Assembly: GCA_963813065.1 (NCBI GenBank)
Contig: CAWEXP010000004.1
Span: forward strand, 7,267-71,266
Direction of reading: 5' to 3'
Origin: Candidatus Kaiserbacteria bacterium
GTDB taxonomy: Bacteria; Patescibacteriota; Minisyncoccia; Phycocordibacterales; Phycocordibacteraceae
DNA length: 64,000 bases
Below the pieces are notes generated by a model. It had not been told where the DNA came from. It saw nothing but the letters and a program-made list of their open reading frames with translations, and made no database searches. Positions 9,714 through 19,063 of this stretch are shown in pieces. The position numbers were made by a program, and so were the translations under genes. Each line of letters begins with the position of its first letter. The stretch's first letter is position 1.

Positions 9714-10544
9714 TTACTCCTCGGTGACGTCACCGGAATAGACACCGAACGTGTCGACCATTGTCGATTTCATTTGGTATGCCTTCTCCTTTCGGTAGTC
9801 GTAAAATGGGTCTTCGGAAATACCGAAAAACGTTTTCAACAGTCCGGCGAGGCGCTGTTTTATCTTCTTGTTACTGACATCGGCTTTGGGGTCTCCCCAA
9901 GCCACCCGACCGTCATTTTTTGCTAGAGCAAGGAGGAACGCCCATTGAACGTCGGGCTTGCCGGTTTTGTTGTTACGAAAACCCATTTCGGTAAAGTCCA
10001 CGAGGTGCATCTGTTTTCCAATCCGAACCTCTAACGTATGCCCGTCCTTGACGGTCATTATGATGTCCTCCCAGTTTGTGTTAGATGGTATCCAGCCGGG
10101 AGTACGCACACGCTTTGGATTATCTTGTTCCTCTTGCGGTCGACCCAGCGTCTTTCGCAACTCATAAAGCCACTCCAACCTCTGGGCGGTTTCCTTTCGT
10201 ATGTTGCGTAAAAGTGTTTGCGATGCCTGTGAGCGTTGGTCGCCATAGGCAAGTCCACCTTTCAGGTACGGCACGTCGTAGGATGCAGAAAAGCGCTGCG
10301 CAATGTCGCGCTGTGGATGCCGTGGCTTCGTCAGTCCTTCTTGCTGCATGTATTCCATTACTGCCACTCTCCACAAGGAAAAGCGGTTATGGACATCTAC
10401 TGCGAGAGCGGGGTTATCGGAATAGATAGCGTCGCCTTCTTGCGCCATCCGTGTTATCTCAATGCCCACTTGAATAAGGTCGTCGAGCGACTCCCATTCG
10501 ACTGGCGGCACGTGAACGACATTCTGTTTGTGAAGTTTGCTCAT
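9714..10544 (-). CDS. Hypothetical protein, probable C-terminal winged helix
   Basis: ATGA-coupled to upstream gene; C-terminal QWAFLLALA...RLAGLLKTFFGISEDPF. Confidence 0.7.
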   Translation of the reverse strand: MSKLHKQNVVHVPPVEWESLDDLIQVGIEITRMAQEGDAIYSDNPALAVDVHNRFSLWRVAVMEYMQQEGLTKPRHPQRDIAQRFSASYDVPYLKGGLAYGDQRSQASQTLLRNIRKETAQRLEWLYELRKTLGRPQEEQDNPKRVRTPGWIPSNTNWEDIIMTVKDGHTLEVRIGKQMHLVDFTEMGFRNNKTGKPDVQWAFLLALAKNDGRVAWGDPKADVSNKKIKQRLAGLLKTFFGISEDPFYDYRKEKAYQMKSTMVDTFGVYSGDVTEE

Positions 10545-11335
10545 GTTCTTTCGGTAGCCCGCGTCTTCGCTCCTATCATCTTGACCTGCGCCACCAACGT
10601 CTCCAAGAACCAGAGAGCATCCGCTTCTCCCGGCTCTTCGGTATTGCCGGTGTGAGCCACGCCGCTGGCATCACCCCGATACGCGTAGAGTTTTTCGAGG
10701 ACGCCTTGTTGTGCGGCAGCGACGACACCTCTATCACGGAGGACACGCAACGCTGCGGTGTAGTCCTTCTGTCCGGCAAGTGCTTTGACGTAGTCCTCCA
10801 TCGCAATAGCAAAATCCTTCACGATGTCATTTGCACTACGTCCACGTGTGAGCAGGTCATGGAGGGCACGTTGGAAGAAATCAAGCGCCTCGGCTGACTG
10901 TTCGCCAAGCGTTTTCTCTACCGCATCGACATTCTGCGCGGTCTCTTGGGGTATCACCAGAACGACCTCTCCGTTCTCGTTTATTCCGTACACGCTTCCC
11001 GCAGTCCTGAACGCGACCGCAACATCGCGCAATGTTTCGTCGTATGTCTGCTGGTACAAGTTTGCATGAACGAGATGAAGGAAAATCTCGGTTGCCTCAA
11101 ACACCTCGTCGTATGAGCCGCGACGGATGGCGTCCAGTCCTATTTTGTTGAGGCGCACACTGGTTTCGTGGTCAAGTTGTCCACGATTGAGAAAGTAGCC
11201 CTCATTACCAATCCCGATGTGGTAGCCGGTGCGAGCATCTACAATCGCTGCCAGTCGACTGCGCAAACCGTCAGATGCCTGTTCATAGCCGGAGTATTCG
11301 GTCTGTATTTTGTTGCGGGCGCGAAAGTAAGCCAT
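10541..11335 (-). CDS. AbiJ-NTD4-like / Abi_C (HEPN-like) protein
   Basis: N-terminal SDGLRSRL, central AGSVYGI, C-terminal LYAYRGDASGVAH...DALWF; family call from motif recall only. Confidence 0.6.
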   Translation of the reverse strand: MAYFRARNKIQTEYSGYEQASDGLRSRLAAIVDARTGYHIGIGNEGYFLNRGQLDHETSVRLNKIGLDAIRRGSYDEVFEATEIFLHLVHANLYQQTYDETLRDVAVAFRTAGSVYGINENGEVVLVIPQETAQNVDAVEKTLGEQSAEALDFFQRALHDLLTRGRSANDIVKDFAIAMEDYVKALAGQKDYTAALRVLRDRGVVAAAQQGVLEKLYAYRGDASGVAHTGNTEEPGEADALWFLETLVAQVKMIGAKTRATERT

Positions 11336-11341
11336 GGGTGG

Positions 11342-11935
11342 TCAGGCGACTTTTACTTCACGGTAATAGCCGTTCTCCTGCTTGAAGTAATAGAGTACTT
11401 CTTTGTAAGGAGTTTTGCGCTGAAACTCGTTTTTCGGCAATCCATTGAAATGGCAGTAGATGAGCGGGAAGTTGTGGTACTCGTCGCCCTCCAAGGAGAC
11501 GAAGTCAATCCATTCGTAAGGAACCTTACCTGCCGGGAATACAACGAACTCGTGCTGTGTGCTACCGCGCACTAACTCCACTGTGCCATCTTCCCGCTCA
11601 TTCGCGCCAACAGGCATGTCCATAAAAAACTCCACTCCGTCGAAACGGCACTCCTTCATTTCCGCTTTCAGGTCGACCCAGTGCTTACTGTTCACACCGG
11701 ACGGATACTCCTTTCGGTGTCGCTTGGTGTCTATAAGACGCACCTCACTTGCGTACTGCTTATAGCGTACGTTCATCTCCAACTCGCGCAGTTTCTTTTG
11801 TACGGCTTCCCGATGTTGCAACAACTGCCGCTCCGAGCGTTGTCGGGAAAGCCAGAATGTAACGAATGGAGAAATGACGGCGAGTAGTGCCAGCAGTGCC
11901 GTAATCCAAGTGTAGTTTTCATTGAACCAGTTCAT
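11342..11935 (-). CDS. Hypothetical protein with N-terminal TM helix
   Basis: WITALLALLAVISPFVTFWL followed by soluble domain. Confidence 0.7.
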   Translation of the reverse strand: MNWFNENYTWITALLALLAVISPFVTFWLSRQRSERQLLQHREAVQKKLRELEMNVRYKQYASEVRLIDTKRHRKEYPSGVNSKHWVDLKAEMKECRFDGVEFFMDMPVGANEREDGTVELVRGSTQHEFVVFPAGKVPYEWIDFVSLEGDEYHNFPLIYCHFNGLPKNEFQRKTPYKEVLYYFKQENGYYREVKVA

Positions 11936-11942
11936 AGTCTAT

Positions 11943-12281
11943 TCATCCTTTCTTGAAAATGCGCACGACGGCATCGACCACATACTTTGCCGGAGCAATA
12001 AACGCGGTGCCCGCCTTCTTCCACAGCATCTTTGTCTTCCATGGATAAGCAGTGCCGCATTTATGACAGTTGAGCGGAACATCCTGACCCCCGCCGCCAG
12101 CGATACCATCAAAGTGATGGTATCCCCGTATGTGAGCGCTACAGTGCAAACAGACATGGGTCGTTGCGCTGCCACATCGACGGCAGAACTCCTCACGTTC
12201 GGTTGGGTAGGTGTCATAGTATTCGGTGATTTGATGACCCCATCGTTTACACACCTGCATTGTGTCGTAGTGGTCGCTCAT
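11943..12281 (-). CDS. DUF2321-like zinc-ribbon protein
   Basis: YDTMQVC..GHQIT, FCRRCG...CLHC..HIRG, CHKCGTAYPW. Confidence 0.8.
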   Translation of the reverse strand: MSDHYDTMQVCKRWGHQITEYYDTYPTEREEFCRRCGSATTHVCLHCSAHIRGYHHFDGIAGGGGQDVPLNCHKCGTAYPWKTKMLWKKAGTAFIAPAKYVVDAVVRIFKKG

Positions 12282-14073
12282 GAGTTCAATCGAGCAAATG
12301 CATCACGAATGACCTGCGCCATGCGCTTTCGACGCACTCTGTGAGGAAGTGCGGGTACTCCATGTTCTGCCACCCCTCCGGGAGCGCGTGCCAATAATAC
12401 GCTTCTTTGCGCGCCGCCTCGTCGCCATTGAAGCGGGCGAGGTATCCGGGGAAATACACGCTCGGTGGATTGTCGCTAATGTCATTGTTGTCGCCCCACT
12501 CGACGAGCGCGTAGTTAGCGACTTGGTTGATTTCTGCGAAGTCCTTTACTCCGATGCGAGCAAGGTATTTGCGCGGAAAGAGGTGGTGCCGCTCCAACGC
12601 CGCCCGCTTCTCTTTCACGCCGTCTTCCAAGAGTTGCGAGGTCGTAAGATTGGAGAAGAGGACGCGAGCACCAAGGATGTTCAGCGCTGCATAGTAAGCA
12701 AACATCGCCGGGTTGCGCGCGGCACCGCTCACGAGTCCGCTGGTCGGGAGAGTGATGTTCCAGTAGTCATCGGTGATTTCGGTTTCGATGATTTTGGAAA
12801 GAATGTTCTCCAACGTCTCGCCTCCGAACTTCGCCTCACCAAAACGGGCAGAGCCGAAAAGCGCACGTCCGCGCTGGATAGCGCCGAGGTCTTCCTCCAT
12901 TTGGGTCTCTGCTGATTTGGTGTACCGACCGGTAAGTGAGATGAAGAAGAACCAGCGCGCAATAAGTTTTCGTAGCGACGGTGCCTCCATGTTGAAGTCG
13001 TATTTCCCTATGAGGAAGAGCGTGTAGGCGTACATGATGTTGTACGAAGAAGTAATCATGCCGCCGCGTGTGTACCCCGCTTCTTTGAGTGCTTTGAGGA
13101 ACTCGTGCCAGTTGTTGAGGTTGAGGGTCTTCTCTTGCGTCTCCTTCAGGATGGCGAACTGCTCTTCGCGTCGCTCGTTGCTGAACTCTTCGGTCTTCAG
13201 GTCTTTCCCGCGCAGGATGCTGTAAGCGTATTTCAGGCGGGCACGGTTGAAACCAAAACCGACAGCGACACGAAGCATCTGGTCTGGGTCGGGCTGGAAA
13301 ATGTAGTTGAAGGGTGTCGCGTGTCCTTCTGCGGGTATGCGGGCAGCACGAGCGAAGTTCTCCAACGCGAAACGCCCCTCATCCCAGAACACAGACATGA
13401 GAGTGAGCACGAAGTCCGTCTCTTTGAGACGTTTCCCTTTGCTGTTGATGCGCACGAAAATCTGTGCCACTTCTTCCTCGGATGCGGTTGAAGAGATTTC
13501 GAGTACCGAAAAGAGGAAGTGCTCCAAGCCGCGTAACTTCCCAATGGCATCCGCTGCTTTATTCTCTTCTTCGCTGGTAAGTCCGCGTGTCGAGCGCAGT
13601 TTCTCCAAGTAATCATTTGTGAAGCGGTTGAAGTTCTCGGTGCCCCATACTTCTGCAATGTCTTGAATGTATGCGGGGTCGTTTTTCGTGCTGGCGTCGG
13701 GCACAACGAACAGTTCTTCAACCGGATTGAAGGCGATGACGACCCTCTCTTTCTCGTAGTCTTCGCGGACAATCTCTTTACCCTTCACAACCGCGAAAAG
13801 CGATGTGAGGCGCTGCTGACCATCCACAATGAGGAAACGCGGAATGTGGTGCTTTGCCTCATCGCCGATGGTCTTGGTGTTGGCTTGATGGACATTCTCC
13901 CAGAAAAGCAGGTGCCCTATCGGGTAGCCACGGTACATACTGTCGAACAGGTCGCGGACTTGGGTGTTCTTCCAGACAAACGGTCGCTGAATGTCAGGCA
14001 AGCCAATGACGCCTCGGTCGATGTCTTCGATGAGACCCATCAGTCGATACTCTGTGCTCTTGAAGAGTGCCAT
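12278..14073 (-). CDS. GmrSD-family (DUF262 + HNH-like) restriction endonuclease; frameshift near 12335
   Basis: PDIQRPFVW, IVDGQQRLT, FVRINSKG, LERHHLFP...NQVANY; corrected end RRKRMAQVIRDAFARLNS* overlaps next ATG. Confidence 0.88.
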
Positions 14074-14088
14074 ACCTAGTATTATCTC

Positions 14089-15378
14089 CTACTTCTGACC
14101 CTCAATAAGAGGCACGTTCTCTGTAGCAATCTTTGATGGCAATCGGGGTTCTTCGTCAATGGTTTGCACCGTCTCTGCTTCGATTTGGAGTCGCCCGCCC
14201 AGATTGTCTATCACCTCTATTTTCGGCATCACACGCGAGTCCCACGAGTTCGCAGCGCTGTTGAACTTCTCGGTCGCTTTGGAGAGCGAACTACCGATAC
14301 CAACGAAGTGCCCAATGAACGCTTTGAGCCGGGCACCGAGGTCGATGACCTCCGTTGCCAACTTCGATGCGTTCTCAACTGACTTGTGTTGCCGCCATGC
14401 GTGCGCGATGAGAAGAATGAGTGGCATGATGGTCGCCGGACTGGCGAGCATGACTTTCTTCTCCTGTGCTTCGCGGTACAGGTTGGTATCGTGCTCGAAC
14501 ACGGCTCGTATCGCCGCTTCACCGGGTACGAACATAACGACGTATGGGATACGCTCGTCGAGATGCTTTTGGTATTCCTTACTCGAAAGGGCTTTGATGT
14601 GCCCACGGAGGTTCTGCGCGAACTTGCTCAAATGTTCCTGCTTCTTCTCTTCGTCCTTCTCTTCGACTGCCTTGAAAAACTCTTCCAGCCCTGCCTTGGA
14701 GTCGATAGCCAACTGCAAGCCGCCCGGAAGGTTTACCACCACGTCTGGACGCAAACGCTCGGCTTCGTCGTTCGTAAGGGTCTCTTGAATGTGGAAGTCG
14801 ATACCTTCCGTGAGTCCTGACTCTTCGAGGAGGTTCTTCAGTACCGTCTCGCCCCAACGACCGCGCACAGCGCTTGCGGACGAAAGCACTGTTTTGAGTG
14901 ATGTCGCCGACTCCTGCATCTTCACACCGGCGTCGAGGACGTTCTTGATGCTCTCGCCGAGTGCACCGAACTGCTCGCCACGCTCCTTTTCGAGGGCGCT
15001 TATCTTCTTCTCTACGGTTTCGATAGACTTGTTGACGCCTTCGGCGATTTTCTCGAAGCCCTTTTCCTTGCTCTCGATTGCTTGGGTATGTGATTTCTGT
15101 ACGCGCTCGAACTCCGAGAGAAAGTCCTTGGAGTGCTCGCGCATAACATCTCCGGCAATCGCCTTGAACCGCGCTTCCAGTTGCCCGACATCTTTCGACC
15201 GCTCTTCGAGAGCGCGTTTCTCCACGGCGATTTCTTGGTCTTTCGCGCGAAGTTCTACATCCTTTGCTTGGATTGCGGCGTTCTTCTCGACAAGTGCCTG
15301 CTTGCTCTTGGAGGAAGCGATGAAATACCCCGCTCCGCCCCCGATTGCCAACGCGATGATGAACCAGAAGTATTCCAT
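14089..15378 (-). CDS. rmuC: DNA recombination protein RmuC family
   Basis: N-terminal TM helix, coiled coil, RGRWGE..L, RPDVVVNLP...IDSK, VVMFVPGE, ASPATIM; start MEYFWF at 15378. Confidence 0.92.
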   Translation of the reverse strand: MEYFWFIIALAIGGGAGYFIASSKSKQALVEKNAAIQAKDVELRAKDQEIAVEKRALEERSKDVGQLEARFKAIAGDVMREHSKDFLSEFERVQKSHTQAIESKEKGFEKIAEGVNKSIETVEKKISALEKERGEQFGALGESIKNVLDAGVKMQESATSLKTVLSSASAVRGRWGETVLKNLLEESGLTEGIDFHIQETLTNDEAERLRPDVVVNLPGGLQLAIDSKAGLEEFFKAVEEKDEEKKQEHLSKFAQNLRGHIKALSSKEYQKHLDERIPYVVMFVPGEAAIRAVFEHDTNLYREAQEKKVMLASPATIMPLILLIAHAWRQHKSVENASKLATEVIDLGARLKAFIGHFVGIGSSLSKATEKFNSAANSWDSRVMPKIEVIDNLGGRLQIEAETVQTIDEEPRLPSKIATENVPLIEGQK

Positions 15379-15398
15379 GATGTTATAGGTTATCTCTG

Positions 15399-17861
15399 CT
15401 AATCTTTGCCACCGAACGCGTACACCCGCTCCTTCAGCCCGCGCACGAAGCCGAAGAGACCCTCTGGGTACTTCGCTTGGATGATTTCCTTCTTCGCGTT
15501 CATGTTGGGCAGGAGGAACGCCTCCGACGAGAGGTTCTCTTCGCCGCCGCTCTTGTACTTCTCCATGATGTCGCGGATGGCTTCGCCGATGTCTTTGCCG
15601 TAGTGGTCGAGCATCTGGGCATTGGCACGCATGAACTGCTTGACGCGGTCTTCGCGGGTCAGGAGCGGAGCATCGAAGGCGATGTGGGCTATCACGTCGA
15701 AGGCGTCGCTGTCCTCCAAGTTCTCGATGGACTTGATGAGCGGGATGTTGACGCGCTTCGCCTCCAAGTCCGCGATAAGGCGCTCGCGCTTCTCCGGGTC
15801 GAGCCAGACCGCACGCAGTTCGTCGGTCGTGTGCACCATCTCGGCTATCTTCTCGCCGGAGTATTTGCGATACTCCGCCTTCGAGAGTTTTATGCCGTCG
15901 AACTCTATTTCTATTTCCTCGTCGACCGTAACTACGATGCCTTTGACGGTTATCTTCTTCGGCGCACCCTTGAGCGGCTTCAAGCGGAACTCGTACGGCG
16001 TTTCCTCCTCGGACTTGTGCGGTTCGAGACGCTTGGAGAGACCTTTGTAGTCCGCGTGCTCGACGCGTACCGTAACCTCGTCGTTCGAGGGCAGACCGAA
16101 AATCTTGAAGAAGCCGTCGGCGTCCGTCTTGCCAATCTTCTCCCAGCGTCCCAGTTTGACCTTCACCACAGCACTCGCCACGTGCTCCTCGGTCTTGTTG
16201 TCGACTACGATGCCGGTAATCAGTTTGTCGAAGGGCGCTATCGGCTCCGCCGGAGGCGTAGGCGGTGCTGGCGGCTTCGGTGCAACGTCCCACTCGTCCA
16301 AGAGCCGGGTCGCATTGGTGAAGTCAATGATGCGGAAGAAACCCTTGCCCTCGAAGAGCCGTGAGCCGCGCCCCATAATCTGCTTGAAGAGCACGCGCGA
16401 GGCGATGGGGCGCATGAACACGATGTTCTGCACGTGCGGGATGTCCACGCCGGTCGAGAGCAGGTCGACCGTCGTAGCGATGACCGGCATCGGGCGCTCC
16501 TTGTCGCGGAAGAGCGTGAGGTCGTCCTTGTCCTCCGCCACGACACGCGCGGCGTAGTCCTCGCGCCCCTTCAGTTCGTTCAGTTTGTCCTTCACTGCTT
16601 GCGCGTGCGCCATGTCGACACAGAAGACAATGGTCTTGCCGTACTTGTTCGTATCGTCGAGTACCTCGATGACCTTCTGCGAGAGCAGGTCTATCTGTTC
16701 GGGGATGGTAACGGCGCGTTCGTACTCGGAGGGTTCGTAGAAGTCCTTGATGTCCTCCGGCTCGACTTCGTCGTCGTAGATAACCTCTTCTGCCGCAGCG
16801 ACGGAAAGACCCTTGCGATAGAGGTTCGTGGTTACCTTGTAGATTTTATACGGCACGAGATAGCCGTCTTGGATTGCTTCTCCGAGAGAGTATTGGAAGA
16901 CCGGCTCGCCGAAGTAGTCGTACACGTCGATGTTGTCTTCGCGCCGCGGCGTCGCGGTCATGCCGAGTTGCGCTGCACCACCGAAGTGCTCCAAGATGTC
17001 GCCCCAGTCGCCGTAGCGGGAGCGATGGCACTCGTCGATGATAACGAGGTCGAAGAAGTCGGAGGGTATCTGCTTGTACAGGTCGCCTGCGAAGAGCGTC
17101 TGGTACGTGGCGAAGTAGATGTCGCGGTTGCGGTTGAAGTCGCCGCCCTCTATCTTGGCGCGCGCCTCACCGAACGGCTCGAAGTCGCGGCTGTAGGCGT
17201 CATCGCGCAGGATGATGCGGTCGCAGAGGAAGAGCACGCGGTGTATGGACTTCGATTTGACGAGTTTCCAGACAATCTGGAAGGCAGTGAAGGTCTTGCC
17301 GGTGCCGGTCGCCATCGTGAGAAGCGTCGTCTTCTTGCCCTTGGTGATGTTCTCGACGACCGCCTTTATCGCGGTCTCCTGATACGCACGCGGGCGCTTC
17401 GTGCCGCTCACGTGGAGTGGGTATTCGAGCGCGGAGAGGTTCTTGTCTTCAAGCCCTTTCCACTCTACGTATGCCTTGAACATCTCTTCAGGCGAGAGGA
17501 AGGATGAGACCTCCTCCGGGGCTTTCATCGTGCGACGGTCGTAGAGGTACGTGGTCTTGCCGTTGGAGATGTACGCGAAGGGCACGTCGAGGCGCTGCGC
17601 GTAGTCCTGCACCTGCGTCATGTGCTTCATCGGGTCTTCGTCCTCCGCCTTCGCTTCGAGCACCGCTACTGTTACGTTCTGGTAGATGAGGACGTAGTCG
17701 GCGAAGAGCGCCGTGGGCAGGCGCTTGTATTCCTCGCCTTCGACGTAGAAGCGGTCGTCGGAAATGGGATAGTTGCGGAGCAGATACTCCTCTTTCCACC
17801 CGGCATCATGTATCTGCGGGTCGATGAGTTTTACGCGCGTGTCGTCTTCGGAGTAAGCCAT
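15399..17861 (-). CDS. hsdR: Type I restriction enzyme R subunit (EcoEI-like) with inserted beta-sandwich domain
   Basis: SEDDTR, ADYVL..VLEAK nuclease, MATGTGKT, DECH, TATP, QIMGRGSR, C-terminal DAFDVIAHIAF. Confidence 0.95.
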   Translation of the reverse strand: MAYSEDDTRVKLIDPQIHDAGWKEEYLLRNYPISDDRFYVEGEEYKRLPTALFADYVLIYQNVTVAVLEAKAEDEDPMKHMTQVQDYAQRLDVPFAYISNGKTTYLYDRRTMKAPEEVSSFLSPEEMFKAYVEWKGLEDKNLSALEYPLHVSGTKRPRAYQETAIKAVVENITKGKKTTLLTMATGTGKTFTAFQIVWKLVKSKSIHRVLFLCDRIILRDDAYSRDFEPFGEARAKIEGGDFNRNRDIYFATYQTLFAGDLYKQIPSDFFDLVIIDECHRSRYGDWGDILEHFGGAAQLGMTATPRREDNIDVYDYFGEPVFQYSLGEAIQDGYLVPYKIYKVTTNLYRKGLSVAAAEEVIYDDEVEPEDIKDFYEPSEYERAVTIPEQIDLLSQKVIEVLDDTNKYGKTIVFCVDMAHAQAVKDKLNELKGREDYAARVVAEDKDDLTLFRDKERPMPVIATTVDLLSTGVDIPHVQNIVFMRPIASRVLFKQIMGRGSRLFEGKGFFRIIDFTNATRLLDEWDVAPKPPAPPTPPAEPIAPFDKLITGIVVDNKTEEHVASAVVKVKLGRWEKIGKTDADGFFKIFGLPSNDEVTVRVEHADYKGLSKRLEPHKSEEETPYEFRLKPLKGAPKKITVKGIVVTVDEEIEIEFDGIKLSKAEYRKYSGEKIAEMVHTTDELRAVWLDPEKRERLIADLEAKRVNIPLIKSIENLEDSDAFDVIAHIAFDAPLLTREDRVKQFMRANAQMLDHYGKDIGEAIRDIMEKYKSGGEENLSSEAFLLPNMNAKKEIIQAKYPEGLFGFVRGLKERVYAFGGKD

Positions 17862-17863
17862 AG

Positions 17864-19063
17864 TTATGTTTGCATAGCGAACGATTGGTTGAGCACCGAG
17901 GAGCGCAAAGCGGTGAAATGTTCCTGTTGCCTATCAAACAGTTGTTCGATTTGGTTTGTTGTGGAGGTCATCTTCTCCAACTCATCGGCAAGCCGTTCTT
18001 GTTCTTTGAGGTCAGGTTCGCCATTCTTCATCGGTATTCCCAGTTTTACTTTCACGAGGTCGGTTTTGGTTATGTGGCGCAGCCCAGCCCCTCCGTGCGA
18101 GTTGGCTATCATCTCATCGAGTTTTTCATTGACCGCGTACTTCAAGTACCTGCGAGAAAGCAGGTCTGTTTTCGGAACGGCGTTGAAGATGTGCTGATTG
18201 AGTATCGCCTTGCCTCTGCTCCAAATAAATGCGCCAAAGGATGTGCCGGGTGTTCCTGACCATGCAATCAACAGGTCTCCGGTGTCTATCAAGAAGCGCT
18301 CTTCAACTGGATGCTCGTAGTGGTTGTATTTTGCGTCAGGGTTATTGAGGTTCTGTATCCGAACAATCGGCAATCCTTTCGCTGACCAATCGGTCTCCTT
18401 GAACGCCCGACCATTTTGCAGGTCAAGCACTTCTCCGAGTGCTATTTCAGCAAAGTCAGGTCTCTGCAAGAGTTCTCTCGCAACGCCAAAACCCAAGGAC
18501 TTTGCCAGCCGTTCGTTGGCTTCGTTTGTACGCACACCTTTTTCTACCTCTGCAAAAACCATTTCTAATCTGTCCGCGATGCGTTTCTGCTCGGCGAGGT
18601 CGGGTTTGCCGTTCGAGAACGGAATGGAAATCTCGATTTCGTTGAGTAGTTCGCGATTGAGAGCCGGGTATTGCGCACCCTGTGTCAAAGCGGTCGTCTG
18701 GTCAACGAAACCATCTGATAACGCGCAATAGAGCAGAAAGCGAGGTTCGAGGTCTGACGACTTCTCTATAACAAAGAAGCCAGTTGATGCGATGGCACCG
18801 TCGTACTCCTTCGGCACTACAGCAAATCCACGCAAATAAGGTCTCACGCTGGCAATCAGTAAATCGCCTTCTCGTACTACTCTACGCGCCCTCGAAGGAG
18901 CGTTTGAGCGGGAGAGTGTTTTTGGGTTCACAACTGTACCGCCCTTCACCGCATCGATGTCGATGTACGTAAACTGCGCAGGCAAATCACCCGGACTTAT
19001 TGAGTGGGTGTTTATTGAGAAGAGCGTGCTTCCGAGTTTTTCTTTACGCCATTCCATACTCAT
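17864..19063 (-). CDS. hsdS: Type I restriction-modification specificity subunit
   Basis: Two TRDs, each followed by IP..NG.PDL.EQ.R.AD.LE conserved helices. Confidence 0.93.
   Translation of the reverse strand: MSMEWRKEKLGSTLFSINTHSISPGDLPAQFTYIDIDAVKGGTVVNPKTLSRSNAPSRARRVVREGDLLIASVRPYLRGFAVVPKEYDGAIASTGFFVIEKSSDLEPRFLLYCALSDGFVDQTTALTQGAQYPALNRELLNEIEISIPFSNGKPDLAEQKRIADRLEMVFAEVEKGVRTNEANERLAKSLGFGVARELLQRPDFAEIALGEVLDLQNGRAFKETDWSAKGLPIVRIQNLNNPDAKYNHYEHPVEERFLIDTGDLLIAWSGTPGTSFGAFIWSRGKAILNQHIFNAVPKTDLLSRRYLKYAVNEKLDEMIANSHGGAGLRHITKTDLVKVKLGIPMKNGEPDLKEQERLADELEKMTSTTNQIEQLFDRQQEHFTALRSSVLNQSFAMQT

Noticed and set aside
15379-16293. N-terminal 300-aa extension of the 734-aa RmuC ORF
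   Set aside because: Alternative frame of hsdR; the real start is MEYFWF at 15378 with its own -10 box.
17864-19063. Phase-variable hsdS shufflon
   Set aside because: Only one hsdS, with no silent TRD copies or flanking inverted repeats seen.
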